Source of the DNA: Phaeosaccion multiseriatum
Lineage: Eukaryota; Protista; Ochrophyta, other classes
Reading direction: 5' to 3'
NCBI GenBank assembly: GCA_965112735.1
Contig: OZ218954.1
Span: forward strand, 992,001 to 1,056,000
DNA: 64,000 nucleotides
Part shown: piece by piece, positions 31,609-48,996 of the stretch
Numbering within the stretch: the stretch's first letter is position 1
Layout: each line of letters opens with the position of its first letter
Translations under genes and position numbers: made by a program
Notes under the pieces: model-generated
Databases searched by the model: none
What the model saw: the letters and a program-made list of their open reading frames with translations, nothing else
What the model was told of the DNA's origin: nothing

Positions 31609-34600
31609 GTTGTGCAGCCTGGTGGTGGTGCTTTGCGTCATACTTGCAGGCAGTCAATGCCCCAATGTAAGAGTGCGCGTCTGGCGCCAACCCCGCACTC
31701 CAAATTTCATCCAACATGGCCACTGCTTCCCTCACCATCCCCGCCCGTCCATAGCTCATGAGAAGGGTGTTGTACACGACCAAGTTGGGCCTCACCCCGC
31801 CCCCCAATCGGTGGTCCTCTCTGTACATGTAAGTTCAAAGAAGTTGTGCGTGTGTGAGTGTGAGTGTGAGTGTGAGTTTTAAAGTGTAAGTGTGAGTTTG
31901 AGTGTGTAAGTTTGAGGGTGGCAGGGTGCGGTGCGATGAGGGATTGAGGGGGCTGGAGTGGACGTTACACAGAGTGGACGTTACATTGCTCCTCACTGCT
32001 CGCAGTACACGCTCTCTCCTCCTCGCCTATGATATCTCTCTTCCTCCCGCCTCTCTCCCTCCCTCCCCCCCCCCCCCCCTCTCTCTCTCTCCCTCCTCGC
32101 CCCCCCTACATCCCCTCCCTCCCTCCCTCCATCCCTCCATCCCTCCCTCTCTCCCTTCCCTCCTTCTGTATCACCAACGCTCTCACCTCAACTCCTCTAT
32201 GAGCTGCCTAGCCTTGGTCAAGTTCCCTGTCCAGCACTCAGCGCGAATGATGGTGGCGTACGTGTACACGTCCGGCTGGAAACCTCCGTCCTCCCGCATA
32301 CGAGCCAGCACCGCTGCGAAGGGGAGGAGCACAATATGTCAACAGTAACGCGATGATGCCACTACACTGATCGGAGGAGTACAATATGTCAACAACCCAC
32401 ACCCATAAAAACATGGGATCGAAACAACCTCCAAAACAACACCAAAACACACACATGAATACACTCCATCCAAAAATCCAAGGCGACTACGTAACTGACA
32501 CTCTCTCTCACTCACTCACGCACGCACGCACTCACTCACCTTGGGCCTCCTCTCTCCGCTCCGCCCTCCCACAAGCTCCCAGTGCGGCGTTGTAGTCGCT
32601 CGCCAGAGGACTCAACCCGTCCCTCTTCATGTTATCGAGGAGATCGATGGCCATCCGCCAGGCGCCCTCGTGCTCGCAAGCCGCCAGGGCGTTGGAGTAG
32701 CAGCTGGGGAAGGAGGGGAAGAGTGGGTCAGTTTGAGTTCGAGTTAAAACAGACCCTACTCCCCCCCCCCCCCAATCTCTGTCCTGACACCAACCCACCC
32801 TCTGTCCTGACACCACCCACCCACCCTCAGTCCTGACACCCACCCACCCTCTGTCCTGACACCCATCCACCCACCCTCAGTCCTGACACCCACCCAATTA
32901 CCGTCTGTCCTGACACCCACCCACCCTCTGTCCTGACACCCACCCACCCTCTGTCCTGACACCCACCCACCCACCCTCAGTCCAGACACCACCCACCCTC
33001 TGTCCTGTCACCACCCACCCACCCTCTGTCCTGACACCCACCCAATTACCGTCTGTCCTGACACCCACCCACCCTCTGTCCTGACACCACCCACCCACCC
33101 ACCCTCTGTCCTGACACCTATCCACCCACCCTCTGTCCTGACACCTACCCACCCACCCTCTGTCCTGACACCCACTCACCCACCCTCAGTCCTTACACCC
33201 ACCCACCCCTCTGTGCTGACACCCACTCACCAGGGGTCGATGAAACCGCCATGACTCTCGAGTTCCTCCATGAGATGTTTGACGTGCTTCAGCATGCCTG
33301 CATTGGCACACCCGCTGGGAGAGAGGAGGGGGGGATGGGAGGTGGGGAGGGAGGGAGCAGAGGGAGGGGGGGGTTGTCAGAAATGGCAGTAGACGGGGAA
33401 GAGAAGAGATCAAGGCATGGATGGAGGGAGACAGAGAGAGAGAGAGAGGGGGTACTAGACAAACTCACTGACAGAGACAGAAAGGGCATCACTCACTGAC
33501 AGAGACAGAAAGGGCATCACTCACTGACAGAGACAGAAAGGGCATCACTCACTGACAGAGACAGAAAGGGCATCACTCACTGACAGAGACAGAGACAGAG
33601 ACAGAGAGAAGAATGAGGAGGGGACAGAAAGAGAGAGGGCAGCACTCCACCACTCACTGAATGACGGCGAAGTAGCACACAGGGCTGACGGGGATGCCCT
33701 CTGCGTGCATGTCCACGAGGAATGACATGGCGAGCTTCCACAGGCCCTTGGCGGCATATGCCCTGATGAGGTTGACATAGGTGCGGGCAGTGGGTGGTAC
33801 TCCTTGCTCCTTCATCTCCCTGAGAAGGTCGGTAGCACCCACCCAGTCTTGAGCGTTGCCGCAAGCTAGGGAGTGGGGGTGGGAGTGGGAGTGGGGTGTG
33901 TGTGGGGGGGAGGGAGGGAGGGAGGGAGAGAGGGAGGGAGAGAGAGAGAGAGCGAGTAGAGGGAGAGGAGGGTGGGCGGGAGAGAAAGGGGGTACATGTA
34001 AGAGAGGAAGAGAGAGATAGCACACATGCAAAACGCACACACAACAAACGAACCTGCAATGACATAAACACTCTCTCTCTCGCACACACACTCACACCCA
34101 CACTCTCTCTCTCTCACACACACTCACACTCTCTCTCACACTCACACACACTCACACACTCACACGCACACCTCGAATGACAGAACAGTAAGTGATACAG
34201 AAAGGGAGAGACAGAGAGAGAGAGAGATAGAGACTCACCTCCAATGACGGAAGAGTAGGTGATGACGTCAGGCTTGAGGCCGGCATCCTTGACTCTCTGC
34301 AAAAGATCCAACGCCCCCGTCCGGGCGGCCCATAACTCACACCCCTCAGGGGCGCGGTACTCCTCTCGCTCAGCCTTCTCTTCCCTTGTCAACAGTCGCC
34401 GCGCCGCTTCCTCCTCCTTCTCCGCCTCCTTCTCCTCATCCTCATCCTTCTCCCCCTCTTTCTCCTCCTCCTCCTCCTCCTCCTTCCCCTCCTCCTCCTC
34501 CTCCTCCATACCCTCACCCTCCTTACCCCTCAACCGCCCGGCCCGCTGCTGGACTTGCTGACTTGGATGACGGGCTGCTTGACTTGAGCCACCCTTTGCT

Positions 34601-36944
34601 TGACTCTGACTTCTTCGGCCACCGCCGCCGGAGGAGCTCGAACTTCGCCGACCTCCGCTGGTGACGCTCCTCCCGTTGTGCCGCAACTCGGAGGGCCGCC
34701 CCAGCGCCGCGCAGGCAGCGATAGCTGTGTTGAAACACACCAAATTGGGCGTCACCCCCCTCCCCCCCGCTCCCTGCACACCCGCCCGTGGACCTTCCTG
34801 TTGTGCACCTTGTTGCCCTTGTTGCCCTTGTTGCTCCTGCCTCTGCCCCACCTGCTGCTCCTGCTGTATCACCAACTGCTGCCCCTGCTGCCCCTCGTCC
34901 TCCTCCCCTACATTCATCCTCCGCAGCATATCCACCGCGTCCTGCCACTTGCCATGCTTCACAAACGACTTGAGCACACTCCCATACGTTACACAATCCC
35001 TTGGAATGCCCTTTCGCTTCATCTCCTCCAACAACTCGAGCGCTGTCTCACTCTTTCCCACTTCCGCACAAGCGGAGATGGCGGCATTAAAGGGCACACG
35101 AAGTCTCTCTAGACCGTGCTGACTCACCACGGGGATGGCTCGTGCCATATCCACAGCTCGCTGCCAGTCACCCACCTTGCCGCAGGCCTGAATGAGCGGG
35201 GTGTAACTGTACACATCCGGCATTACGGGTCCTTCCCGTCTTCTCTGCCCTTCTCCTCCTCCTCCTCCTCCTCCTCCTCCTCCTCCTCCTCCTTCTTCTC
35301 CTCCTCCTTCTCCTCCTCCTCCTTCTCCTCCTCGTCGTCCTTGTCCCTTTCCCCTGCAATACATATGCACACTCTGCAACAGGGCCTCCCCCTCAGCGAT
35401 GCGTAGACTTCGTGCCAGCCCCTAACAAAGAGGTTCGTAACGAGGGTTCATAGAGGGTTAATGTGCGAGCCTTTCGGTAACGACGAGGTGCAGAGTAGGA
35501 GGTTGGGGGGGGCTCTAACCGGGGTTCATAGAGGGTTAATGTGCCAGCCTTGACGTTAACGACGGCGCTCAGAATGAGAGGTGGGAGGTTCAAAACGGGG
35601 TGAAATAGAGGACAAACCAGTGCGTGGTGAGTGGGGTGGGGTTGACGGAAGTTACCTAGTCATAGCTAACGCGAACCTATTGTCCCTTATGAAAGACTCC
35701 CCACACCGTTAAAACACACAAGGTAAAAAAAATTGTTCCGTGAAGCGTGAAGCGTTAAGCTTTACCTTGATGACGAGGTTAATGGTAATGAGATTCGCGG
35801 CAACCCCATTGGCCCTCATGTCGTTGAGCAGCAGGAGGGCAACGTCTACATTGCTGCTGCCGCTCGCTCGGAATGTGGACCGAGCAGGGTTGGCCTGCTC
35901 GCGTGTTGGGGTGGGTGGGGGGGGGATTATGGGCGTGGGCATGGGGATGAGGGAGGGGGTGGAGGGTTGGGGGTGTCGAATCATCAACTTCACTTCCTCC
36001 CTCCGTCGCGAACGGCGGCAAAAACAAATGCGTCCTTCCGCTCCATCTCACTCCCTTCACTCACCAGCTGCCATGCCTCCTGCTTTGATAGAGGAGGAGG
36101 AGGGGAAGGAGGAGCAGGAGAAGGACTGCCCGCGGCGCTCCTCTCCGTCCCTCCACTGCCATCAGTACCAGGTGGTGTCCCAAACTCGCCTCCCCCTCCC
36201 TTTCCCCCCCCACCCGCTCCTCCTCCCCCTGCTACTACTGCTCCCCCCCCTCCTCCTCCTCCTCCTCCTCCTCCTCCTCCTCCTCCTCCTCCTCCTCCTC
36301 CTCCTCCTTCCTTCGGCGCTGCTCCTCCACTCGCCCTCCTCCTCGCCAGCAGCGGTGGCCAGACAGCGTCTCCGGGCATCTGCACACAGGCAAGAATCGC
36401 CGCGTGATAGGCCATGAGGTTTGGCGTGACGCCCTCCATGCCTGTCTGTATCCTGTACAACCCATCCAGCACGTCCTGGTACATGCCACTGCGCGAACAG
36501 GCGAGCATGACTGCGGTCATGAAGCGGTTGTTTGGGAAATACCCATCTGCCTCCAAATCGCGCAGCAAGCCCAGTGCTGCGTGACCATTCCCCGCGGACT
36601 TGGACAGCATAAAGACAGCCCAGCCGTAGGTGCGGAAGGAGGGCTTCCCTCTAGCCTCCTCCTTCCGCGCCTGCCTCAAGACTTGCAATACTTGCTCCTT
36701 GCTCGAGCACTGTGTCAAGAGGGCTTTGTACTTGTCGTCCGCCCCGCCCCCCCCCCCCCCTCTGCGATTGTAGCTGCTGTTGTGGTTGTTGTATGGGTAA
36801 GGTCGTCGGCGTCCGCGTCCGCCAGCGCCGACATCCACCCTCTGCGGTTGTGCTCCTCTGCCTCCTCTGTCGTCCTTCCTGCGGTTGTCGGGGAGGCTAC
36901 TGCTATTGCTGCTACTACTCTTATTGCTACTTCTTTCCCCATTG

Positions 36945-36979
<35 letters not shown>

Positions 36980-37570
36980 GCTACTACTCCGGCTCGAGTG
37001 GCTGTCAGACGTCGACCACCCGCCCCCAGCCACACGCACGCTGGACACTTCCAATGCTCCTTCAGCTGCTCCGAAAGGGGGTCGTGTGGACCTGGGCGAC
37101 GGCCTATTGTCCCCTAGGAAAGCCACCATGCCATTCGCGGCTGGACCCTCCGCACCTGAAACCACTACGGGATCCATTTCGAAGGCTGCTGCTACTGCTG
37201 CTTGTGGGGGCGGCGCTCCTCCTCGTCCTCCTCCTGCTGCTGCTGCTGCTGCTCCTGCTCCTGGTGGTGCTGGCGTTGCTCCCTCTCCTCTTCCTGAGCT
37301 CCCTGCTGCTAGCCTCACCATGCCCTCTCGACGCCCGTTACGAAGACGCTTCCCAGCGTATGGCGCTGGCGAAACAAAGCCTGCTACTGCTGCTGCTGCT
37401 CCTGCCCCTGGTGCTGCTCCTCCGCTTCGTGTTGCCCGCGCTCGAAGCCTGCTGGTGTTACCCCCACCGCTGCTGCTACATCCCGTCGCCGAGATAGCAC
37501 CCAGCACCAAGCAGCCAAGGCAAGAGTGGTGGATGCGAGGGCGATCGCCCTGGCGCTGCCCCGCCGCCAT
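29056..37570 (-). CDS. Large pentatricopeptide-repeat (PPR) protein, probably plastid-targeted
   Basis: Many 35-aa PPR units, e.g. PDVYSYTPLIQACGKVGDWQRAVDM, PFNAAISACAEVGKSETALELLEEMKRKGI, PNLVVYNTLLMSYGRAGMVREAVAMLDEI and PDVITYSSVI. The N-terminus contains VAG-FVSP. Confidence 0.9.
32777..33230. repeat. Intronic minisatellite CTGTCCTGACACCCACCCACCCT
   Basis: Tandem array at the 5' end of a PPR intron. Confidence 0.95.
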
Positions 37571-37727
37571 CGCGCAATTGTTTCCTTCACGCGGCCAAAT
37601 GCCCTGACCTCAGGATCCAGCACACTGAAACTCAAGCAGAAGATGGCAGCTGATAGATTCATTGACTTACTTCCGGCCCTCAACTCGCGAATGATGATAA
37701 TACCCCGATTTTTTTTCATTCTTCCCC

Positions 37728-41259
<3,532 letters not shown>

Positions 41260-42457
41260 AGACAAATCGAGAAGGAGGAGAAGAGGTCAGGAGAGGAAGG
41301 GAGGAGGGAGGAGGGACGAGGGACGAGGGAGCCTTTCGCCCCCACACTACAACTGTATTAGACACTGTGTGGAAGGCAGCAGATGGCACTAGAGGGACAA
41401 TAGATGGATAGCGCTGGATGGATGGCACTGGATGGATGGGACTTGGAGAAACCACACTACCCAGTCACTTGCCAGAGGCTATCTATGCGGGCAACTTGCG
41501 AAGCCCGAGCGAGGCACCGGCGACAGCAGTGCACCAGCAGTGCACCAGCAGCCAGCGTGGTGGTCCCCCCCCCCCCTCCCTGGCGAGGCGGGGGTGGCTT
41601 ACGGGGGGCTTCGAGAGAAATGACCGTCCGTTACTTTGTTACTTTGTTGGAGAGGGAGCTTCAACCACCTTTGAGAGAGCTGTGGTGGCTTTGGTGGCGT
41701 TCTTTTGTCCGAGAGGATATGGAAGAGAGCTTTATCAAAAACTCCGACTGAAGGCATTATTGGCCGTCTCGAGGAGGGAAAGGGAGATCCAAATGGAATG
41801 GAATGGTGTTTCTCGTCTCTTCTGTTGGGGCTGCCCTCGGGACCTTACCCGGATCTGGCCTACGCATGCGGACCGCACCGCCTTCCTGCATCGTGCATGG
41901 TTTTTGATTATTAAAAAGTACACCGGCTGGAACTCAATGTGAGTGTGAATTGAGTTCAGTTCGCCGCGGGCTAGCAGCACAGCAGCAGATATTTCAGTCA
42001 GTTTCAACAGTTTCAACCTTCAGTTTTTTTGGCTGTCCTAGACATATCGATCAGTGCAATCTCGAACACATCGAATCGTGAGGTAGAGGGGCTCAAGAGC
42101 CAGCAAGGATGTCAAACACTCTTTCAACCGCGGCGCCGGACTAGCGCTCTCACTCCTCGGTCAGGAGGGAGAGAGAGGAGGAGGGGGGGAGAGGAGGGAG
42201 AGAGAGGGGAGGGGGAGAGAGGAGGGAGAGAGAGGAGGGGGAGAGGGGAGGGGGAGTAAAGGGACCCGGGTGGGGCCCCAGACACACACGCGCACGCACA
42301 CACACTTTCAATTTCTTAGGTGACTCCCATGAATCCTCTTCCTCTTCCTCTTCCATTCTCATTAAGACACTACTTCAAATATTAATTTTAAATTTTAAAT
42401 AAATTAAGGAGAGGGCCATTTGGAGTTGTTGCAGGGTACTCCGTCTCCGTCCCCCCC

Positions 42458-42511
<54 letters not shown>

Positions 42512-42918
42512 TAATTCTTAGGTTGATTGCCATAAGTCTCGACTTCCATCCACTGCCATCCCTTGCTCCCCCGCCCACCCTCCCCCTTGTTCCTGTGTTC
42601 CTCCTCCTCCTCCTCCTCCTCCTCCACTCATTTCTCTCTTCCTTCATTCCTTCCAAAGGTCAAAAATCCAACATAAATTCCCAATCTCTCTCCTCCGTTC
42701 CTCCCTCCCTCCCCTTCCTGCCTTTTCAGATCTTGGCATACGCACTCATACACCTTCGGGAAGGAAGGAAGGAAGGAAGGAAGACCTCAATCAACCCCCC
42801 TCCCTCTCCTCCCTCCCTCTCTCTCCCTCCCTCCCTCCCTCTCTCCCTCCCTCCCTCCCTCCCTCCCTCCATCGCTCTCTCTCCCTCCCTCCCTCCCTCC
42901 CTTCCCCCCCTCACTCCC

Positions 42919-44018
42919 TCAGATCTTGGCGTACGCATACCCCTTGGGGAAGGAGTACTTCCGCCCCTTCGGCAGGAAGTTGTGCCAATCCTCCTCCTCG
43001 TCGGGCCCCTCCTTGCTGTCCTGCTGCGCGAACTCATCCCGTGGGTCCAGCACGCCTGCCTCGGGTCGGATTTTGTGGAAAATGTCTGGGAAGGCCCCGA
43101 TTGCTCCGTACTTTTTGCGCATCTGTGGGTGGATGGATGGATGGGTTGTGATGAAGTGATCGAGTGAGTGAGTGAGTGAGTGGGTGGATGGATGGATGGG
43201 TTGTGATGAAGTGATCGAGTGAGTGAGTGAGTGAGTGGATGGATGGGTTGTGATGAAGTGATCGAGTGAGTGAGTGAGTGAGTGGGTGGATGGATGGGTT
43301 GTGATGAAGTGATCGAGTGAGTGAGTGAGTGAGTGGGTGGATGGATGGGTTGTGATGAAGTGATAGAGTGAGTGAGTGAGTGAGTGGGTGGATGGATGGG
43401 TTGTGATGAAGTGATCGAGTGAGTGAGTGAGTGAGTGAGTGAGGGAGTGGGTGAGTGAGTGAGTGAGTGAGTGAGTGAGTGAGTGAGTGAGTGATTCAGT
43501 TGTGAGAGAGTGAGAGAGTGAGTGAGTGGATGGGTGGGTGGGGTATGAGCGAGTGAGTGAGTTCGTTGTGGGTTAGTGAGTGAGTGGGTGAGTGAGGGAG
43601 GGAGTGTGTGAGTGAGTTAGTTGTGAGTGAGTGAGTCAGTTCTGTGAGAAAGAGTGAGTGCGTGGGTGAGTGAGTACGTGTGTGTGTTGATGAGTGTTGT
43701 GCGTTCGTAAGGTGTGTTCGCCACGAGTCCTACTTCTCCCTCCCTCCCCAACACCCCCTCCCTCCGTCCGTCCGTCCGTCCGTCCGTCCCTCCGTCCGTC
43801 CGTCCCTCCGTCCGTCCGTCCCTCCCTCCCTCTGTATAACCAACTCGCTTACCTCATCGTACAAGGTGTGGTCGAACATCTCCCTAAACTCTTCCCTGGT
43901 CATGAATGTGTCGGTGTAGAGGCACTGATACCCCCCCACGTCCCTTGTGTACTTCTCCATCGATCGGATCATTCGCCGAGCGTTCCAAGGCTTCTTGTCA
44001 CGCACTGCCTGGGGCACG

Positions 44019-44101
<83 letters not shown>

Positions 44102-45009
44102 GTGTACGTGTGTGTACGTGTGTGTATATGTACCGCAGAGAGAGGTCGGAGAGTTGAGAGAGGGAGAGAGAGGTTGGAGAGATGAGAGAGGGAGAGAAAG
44201 AGAGAGAGGTATGAGAGGAAGAGAGAGAGAGAGAAACGGAGGAGCATGCATGCGGGAGTCGTGGGTACGTCATCACACGTAATGTTGTGTCGTACAAGTG
44301 GTCTATGTATCTCCCCCTCTCTCCCTCTCCCCTAACAACAACAATAACAACAACTACTACTACACCCTTGCTCTGTCTCTTCTCGCAACCCCCCACCACT
44401 CTCCCCCTCCCGCTCCCCCAACAAACACCACAACGAACACGATCACCTTACGTAAGATAACGTACCACAACGAACACGCTTACTTAAGATAACGTACCGT
44501 AAACTCCGAGGTCGAACATCATCTCGCACTTTCCCTCGGTGTAAAGCCCCTCCCTCCCACGCCTCTCAAACAGATTCAGCGGTTTGCGCATAAAAGGCCT
44601 TCGCTGCACCTCACCACCACCACCACCACCACCACCACCACCACCACCACCACCATTGCTGTGGCCATTGCTGTGGCCATTGCTGTGGCCATTGCCGTGA
44701 CCATTGCTGTGACCGTTGCTGTAGCCGTTGCTGTGGCCATTGCCGCCCTTGTTGCCGCTGCTGCCCCCGCTTCGATCGAAGACAGCGATGGGGAAGATGA
44801 GGAGTGGGTAGATGTTGAACCACTCGTGGAACAGGTCCAGAGAGCGCTCCACTTCGTCCACGGGGATGATGATGTCCTGCACCACGTGCTTGTAGACCAG
44901 CTCCTTGCGGATCTGTGAGTCATGGTGGTAATGTTGGTCGTTCGTTTGTGAGGTCCACTACCAGTTCCACTACCACGCTACTACTCCCTCTCTGTCTCCA
45001 TCCGTCCTC

Positions 45010-45042
<33 letters not shown>

Positions 45043-45564
45043 ACCCCCCCCTCCTCCTCCTCCCCGTCCTTCTCCTCCTCCTCCTCCTCCTCCTCCCCAT
45101 CCTCCTCCTCCTCCTCCTCCTCCTCCTCCTCCTCCTCCTCCTCCTCCTCCTCCTCCTCCTCCTCCTCCTTTTCCTCCCTCCGTCCCCCTCCTCCTTCTCC
45201 TCTCCTAACCAGAGGCGTCATGGTGAGCTTAAGGAAGGACACCTTGGGCGCACCCAGCCAGCCGAGAAGGTAGCGATACAGAGGATGGTTGCCGAAGGGA
45301 ATGAGATCCCTGAGCTCCCAGAAGATGGAGCGTGTGAAGCGGTGGTAATAGTGGCGAACTGGGATGATCTCCTCGAAGGCACCCTGGGGGGATTGGAGGC
45401 AGGGGAGGGAGGGAGGGAGGGAGGGAGAGAGGAAGGGAGGGAGGGAGGGAGGAAGGGAGGGAGGGAGCGAAGGAAGGAGGGAGCGAAGGAAGAAGGGAGA
45501 GAGGGAGGGAGGGAGGGAGGGAGGGAGGGAGGGAGGGGCAGTCAGTGGAGACAGCTCTCAGTCA

Positions 45565-45615
<51 letters not shown>

Positions 45616-48600
45616 AGACAGTGAGTGACCAATCCAAAACCAATTTGGGAAACTGCCACCTACACTCTGTCCTGACACCCACCCACCCTCTGTCCTGACA
45701 CCCACCCACCCTCTGTCCTGACACCCACCCACTCTCTGTCCTGACGCCCACCCACTCTCTGTCCTGACGCCCACCCACCCCTCCGTCCTGACACCCACCC
45801 ACCCGTCTGTCCTGACACCCACCCACCCTCTGTCCTGACACCCACCCACCCACTCTCTGTCCTGACACCCACCCACCCCTCCGTCCTGACACCCACCCAC
45901 CCGTCTGTCCTGACACTCACCCACCCTCTGTCCTGACACCCACCCACCCTCTGTTCTGGCACCCGCCATCCACCCATTGACTTACCTTGTCCCCCAGGGC
46001 CTGCTCCACATGCACGTAGTACCAGGGCTTCCAGAAGGAGTTGACGCAGTTGATGAGCTTCCTGTCCTCCCCCTTGGGCTCCGAGCAGAACTCCCCCACC
46101 TGATGGAATTAGAGGCATATGGGCATCGATGTATGTCATATATGAGATGGAATTAGAGGCATATGGGCATCGATGTATGTCATATATGTGATGGAATGGG
46201 TATCATCGATCCATTGGTGGATGAAGAGGATGAAAGGATTGGATTAGAGGCATATGGATGTGTCATTAGAGGCGTATGGGATTCGATGCACTGATGGATG
46301 GATGAATGTATTGGATTGGGTGAGATCGATGTATTGATGGATTGGTCGATGGAGTGGAACGGGATCGGATTCAGTGATTCATGCTTTCGTTCACCCCCAT
46401 CACCCCCACTCCACATACACCCCCACCCACTCCCCCCGGCACATCCACAGGCATTGGTGACACACAGCCCTCTCCCACCTGAATCACAGATGTCTCTTTG
46501 GAGTACACAGTGGCCTCCAAGAACATGGGCGGGTCGTCGGACTCACTCATCTCCTTGAGCTGAACGTACAAGTCTCGTTGGGTATGGCAGGGGATGTATC
46601 GCATGTGCACATATGGCTTGATGGGCTGGATCTTCACCTGTTGGGCATACAGGAGTGGGTGCCAGGACAGAACGTGGGTGGGTGGGGGGTGTCAGGACAG
46701 GACGGGTGGGTGCGGGTGGGTGGGTAGGCGGGTAGGTGGATGGGTGGGTGGGTGGGTGGGTGAGTGGGTAGCTGGGTGGGTGAGTGGGTAGCTGGGTGGG
46801 TGAGTGGGTAGCTGGGTGGGTGAGTGTCTGGGGCACACGGATTGGTGGACACAACCCTAGGGTATATCCACCCGAATATTGAGTCTCTGATTGAGTCTCT
46901 GATTGAGTCTCTGATTGAGTCTCTGATTGAGTCCCTGATTGAGTTCCTCACCTCCACGGCCACGAGGAAGCCCAAGGTGCCGTGACTCCAAGGCATGGCG
47001 TAGAACAGATCGTTGTACCTTAACGACGAGCGGCGCGTGGCAGGACAGAGGGTGGGTGGGTGTCAGGACCGAAAAGGGTTGGGCGTCAGGACAGAGGGTG
47101 TGTGGGTGTCAGGGCAGGGGGTGGGTGGGTGTCAGGACAGAGGGTGGGTAGGGTGTCAGGACAGAGAGTGGGTGGGTGGTGTCAGGACAAAGAGTGGGTG
47201 GGTGGTGTCAGGACAGAGGGTGGGTAGGTGGTGTCAGGACAGAGGGTGGGTGGTGTCAGGACAAGAGGGTGGGTGGTGTCAGGACAGAGGGTGGGTGGTG
47301 TCAGGATAGAGGGTGGGTGGTGTCAGGACAGAGGGTGTTACGACAGTACACCCCGCACCCTCCCTCCCTCCCTCCCTCCCTCCCTCCCTCCCTCCATCCC
47401 TCCCTCCATCCCTCCCTCCCTCCCTCCCTCCCTCCCTCCCTCCCTCCCTCCCTCCCTCTCCTCCCCCCTCCCTTCCACCCTCCCTCACTGCCCCCCTCCC
47501 TCCCTTCCTCCCTCTCCCTCCCTTCCTCCCTCCCTCTCTCTGTATCACCAACACACTCACTCGTTGTCGCGAGTGCACCTCACCAGCTCCCCATCACTCA
47601 GAACAATTTCATAGGCCATGATGGTTTCTTGAATCAGACCCCAGCTGTGCGAATTCACCTGAGCGAGTAAGTAAGGGTGGAAGGAATGGTGCGTGTGTGT
47701 GTGCGTGGACACACGCATGGTGGGAATGGTGGCTTGAGGATTGACTTAATTGACTTACTGGCTGACTGAGCTTGATGGTGGGTGTCAGGACAGAGGGTTG
47801 GTGTGAGTGACAGTGACATAGTGGGGTGTATAGATGGCAATGGATGGTGGTGGGTTGAAGGGTGGGTAAGCATATGGGTAAGCATATGAGGAGTTTGGTA
47901 GAGATAGGGCTTGACTGTGCCTTACTGAGTAGAGAGAGAAGGGAGGGGGGGGAGGGACGGCGAGGAGAGAGAGAGAGAGAGGGGGGGGGGGGGAGCTGAT
48001 TGCTTGTGATAGGGTGGTGACTTATTGCTTGTAATAGGGTGGTGACTTATTGCTTGTAATAGGGTGGTGATTGGTTGTAATAGGGTGGTGACTTACCTCC
48101 ATACCGAGCCCCATGGACAGCCCCCCGATGGTTAGGTCCTCCATCTCCACCTGGGATTCAGTTTCAGTTTCAGGTTCATCAGTTCACTCTCACTCACTCA
48201 CTCACTCACACACTCACTGACTCAATCACTCACTCACTCACACACTCACTGGCTCAATCACTCACTCACTCACTTCTCACTCACTCGCTCACTCACTCAC
48301 TCACTCACTCACTCGCTCACTCACTCGCTCTCTCATTCACTCACTCAATCACTGAGATACTCAGTCAGTCAGTCAGCCAAGATACTCACTCACTCATTCT
48401 CTCACTCATTCATTCACTCACTCACTCACTCACCGACTCACTCACTCACTCAGTCAGTCAGTCAGTCAGTCAGTCAGTCACTGACTCACTCACTCCCTCA
48501 CTCACATACCCTGCAAAACACTCCCCAGTCACTCACTGACACACCTGAATGGCCAAGGCATACCCCAGGGGGGCAAGGTGCCTAACCATGTACCTCATAT

Positions 48601-48957
48601 CCACGAGCGGCTCCGCGCGCACGATCATCTTCTCGGTGTCCACATGCAAAATGTCTCGTAACGGCACGCTGATACGGTTACAGTCCTCCTTGAAGGTGGC
48701 GGTGCGAGTGGACATGGTGAGGAAGGCCTGGAGGTGGGGGTTAGGGGGGGAGGAGGAGGGGGAGGAGGAGGAGGGGGAAGAGGAGGAGGAGGAGGAGGAG
48801 GGGGAAGAGGAGGAGGAGGAGGAGGAGGAGGGGGAAGAGGAGGAGGAGGAGGAGGAGGAGGAGGAGGAAGAGGAGGAGGAGGAGGAGGAGGAGGAGGAGG
48901 AGGGGGAAGAGGAGGAGGAGGAGGAGGAGGAGGAGGAGGAGGAGGAGGAGGAGGAGG

Positions 48958-48996
<39 letters not shown>

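Noticed and set aside
41404-41942. ORFs of 115-174 aa between LPLAT and DHCR24
   Set aside because: No recognisable domain or convincing exon structure. Probably 3' UTR or intergenic.
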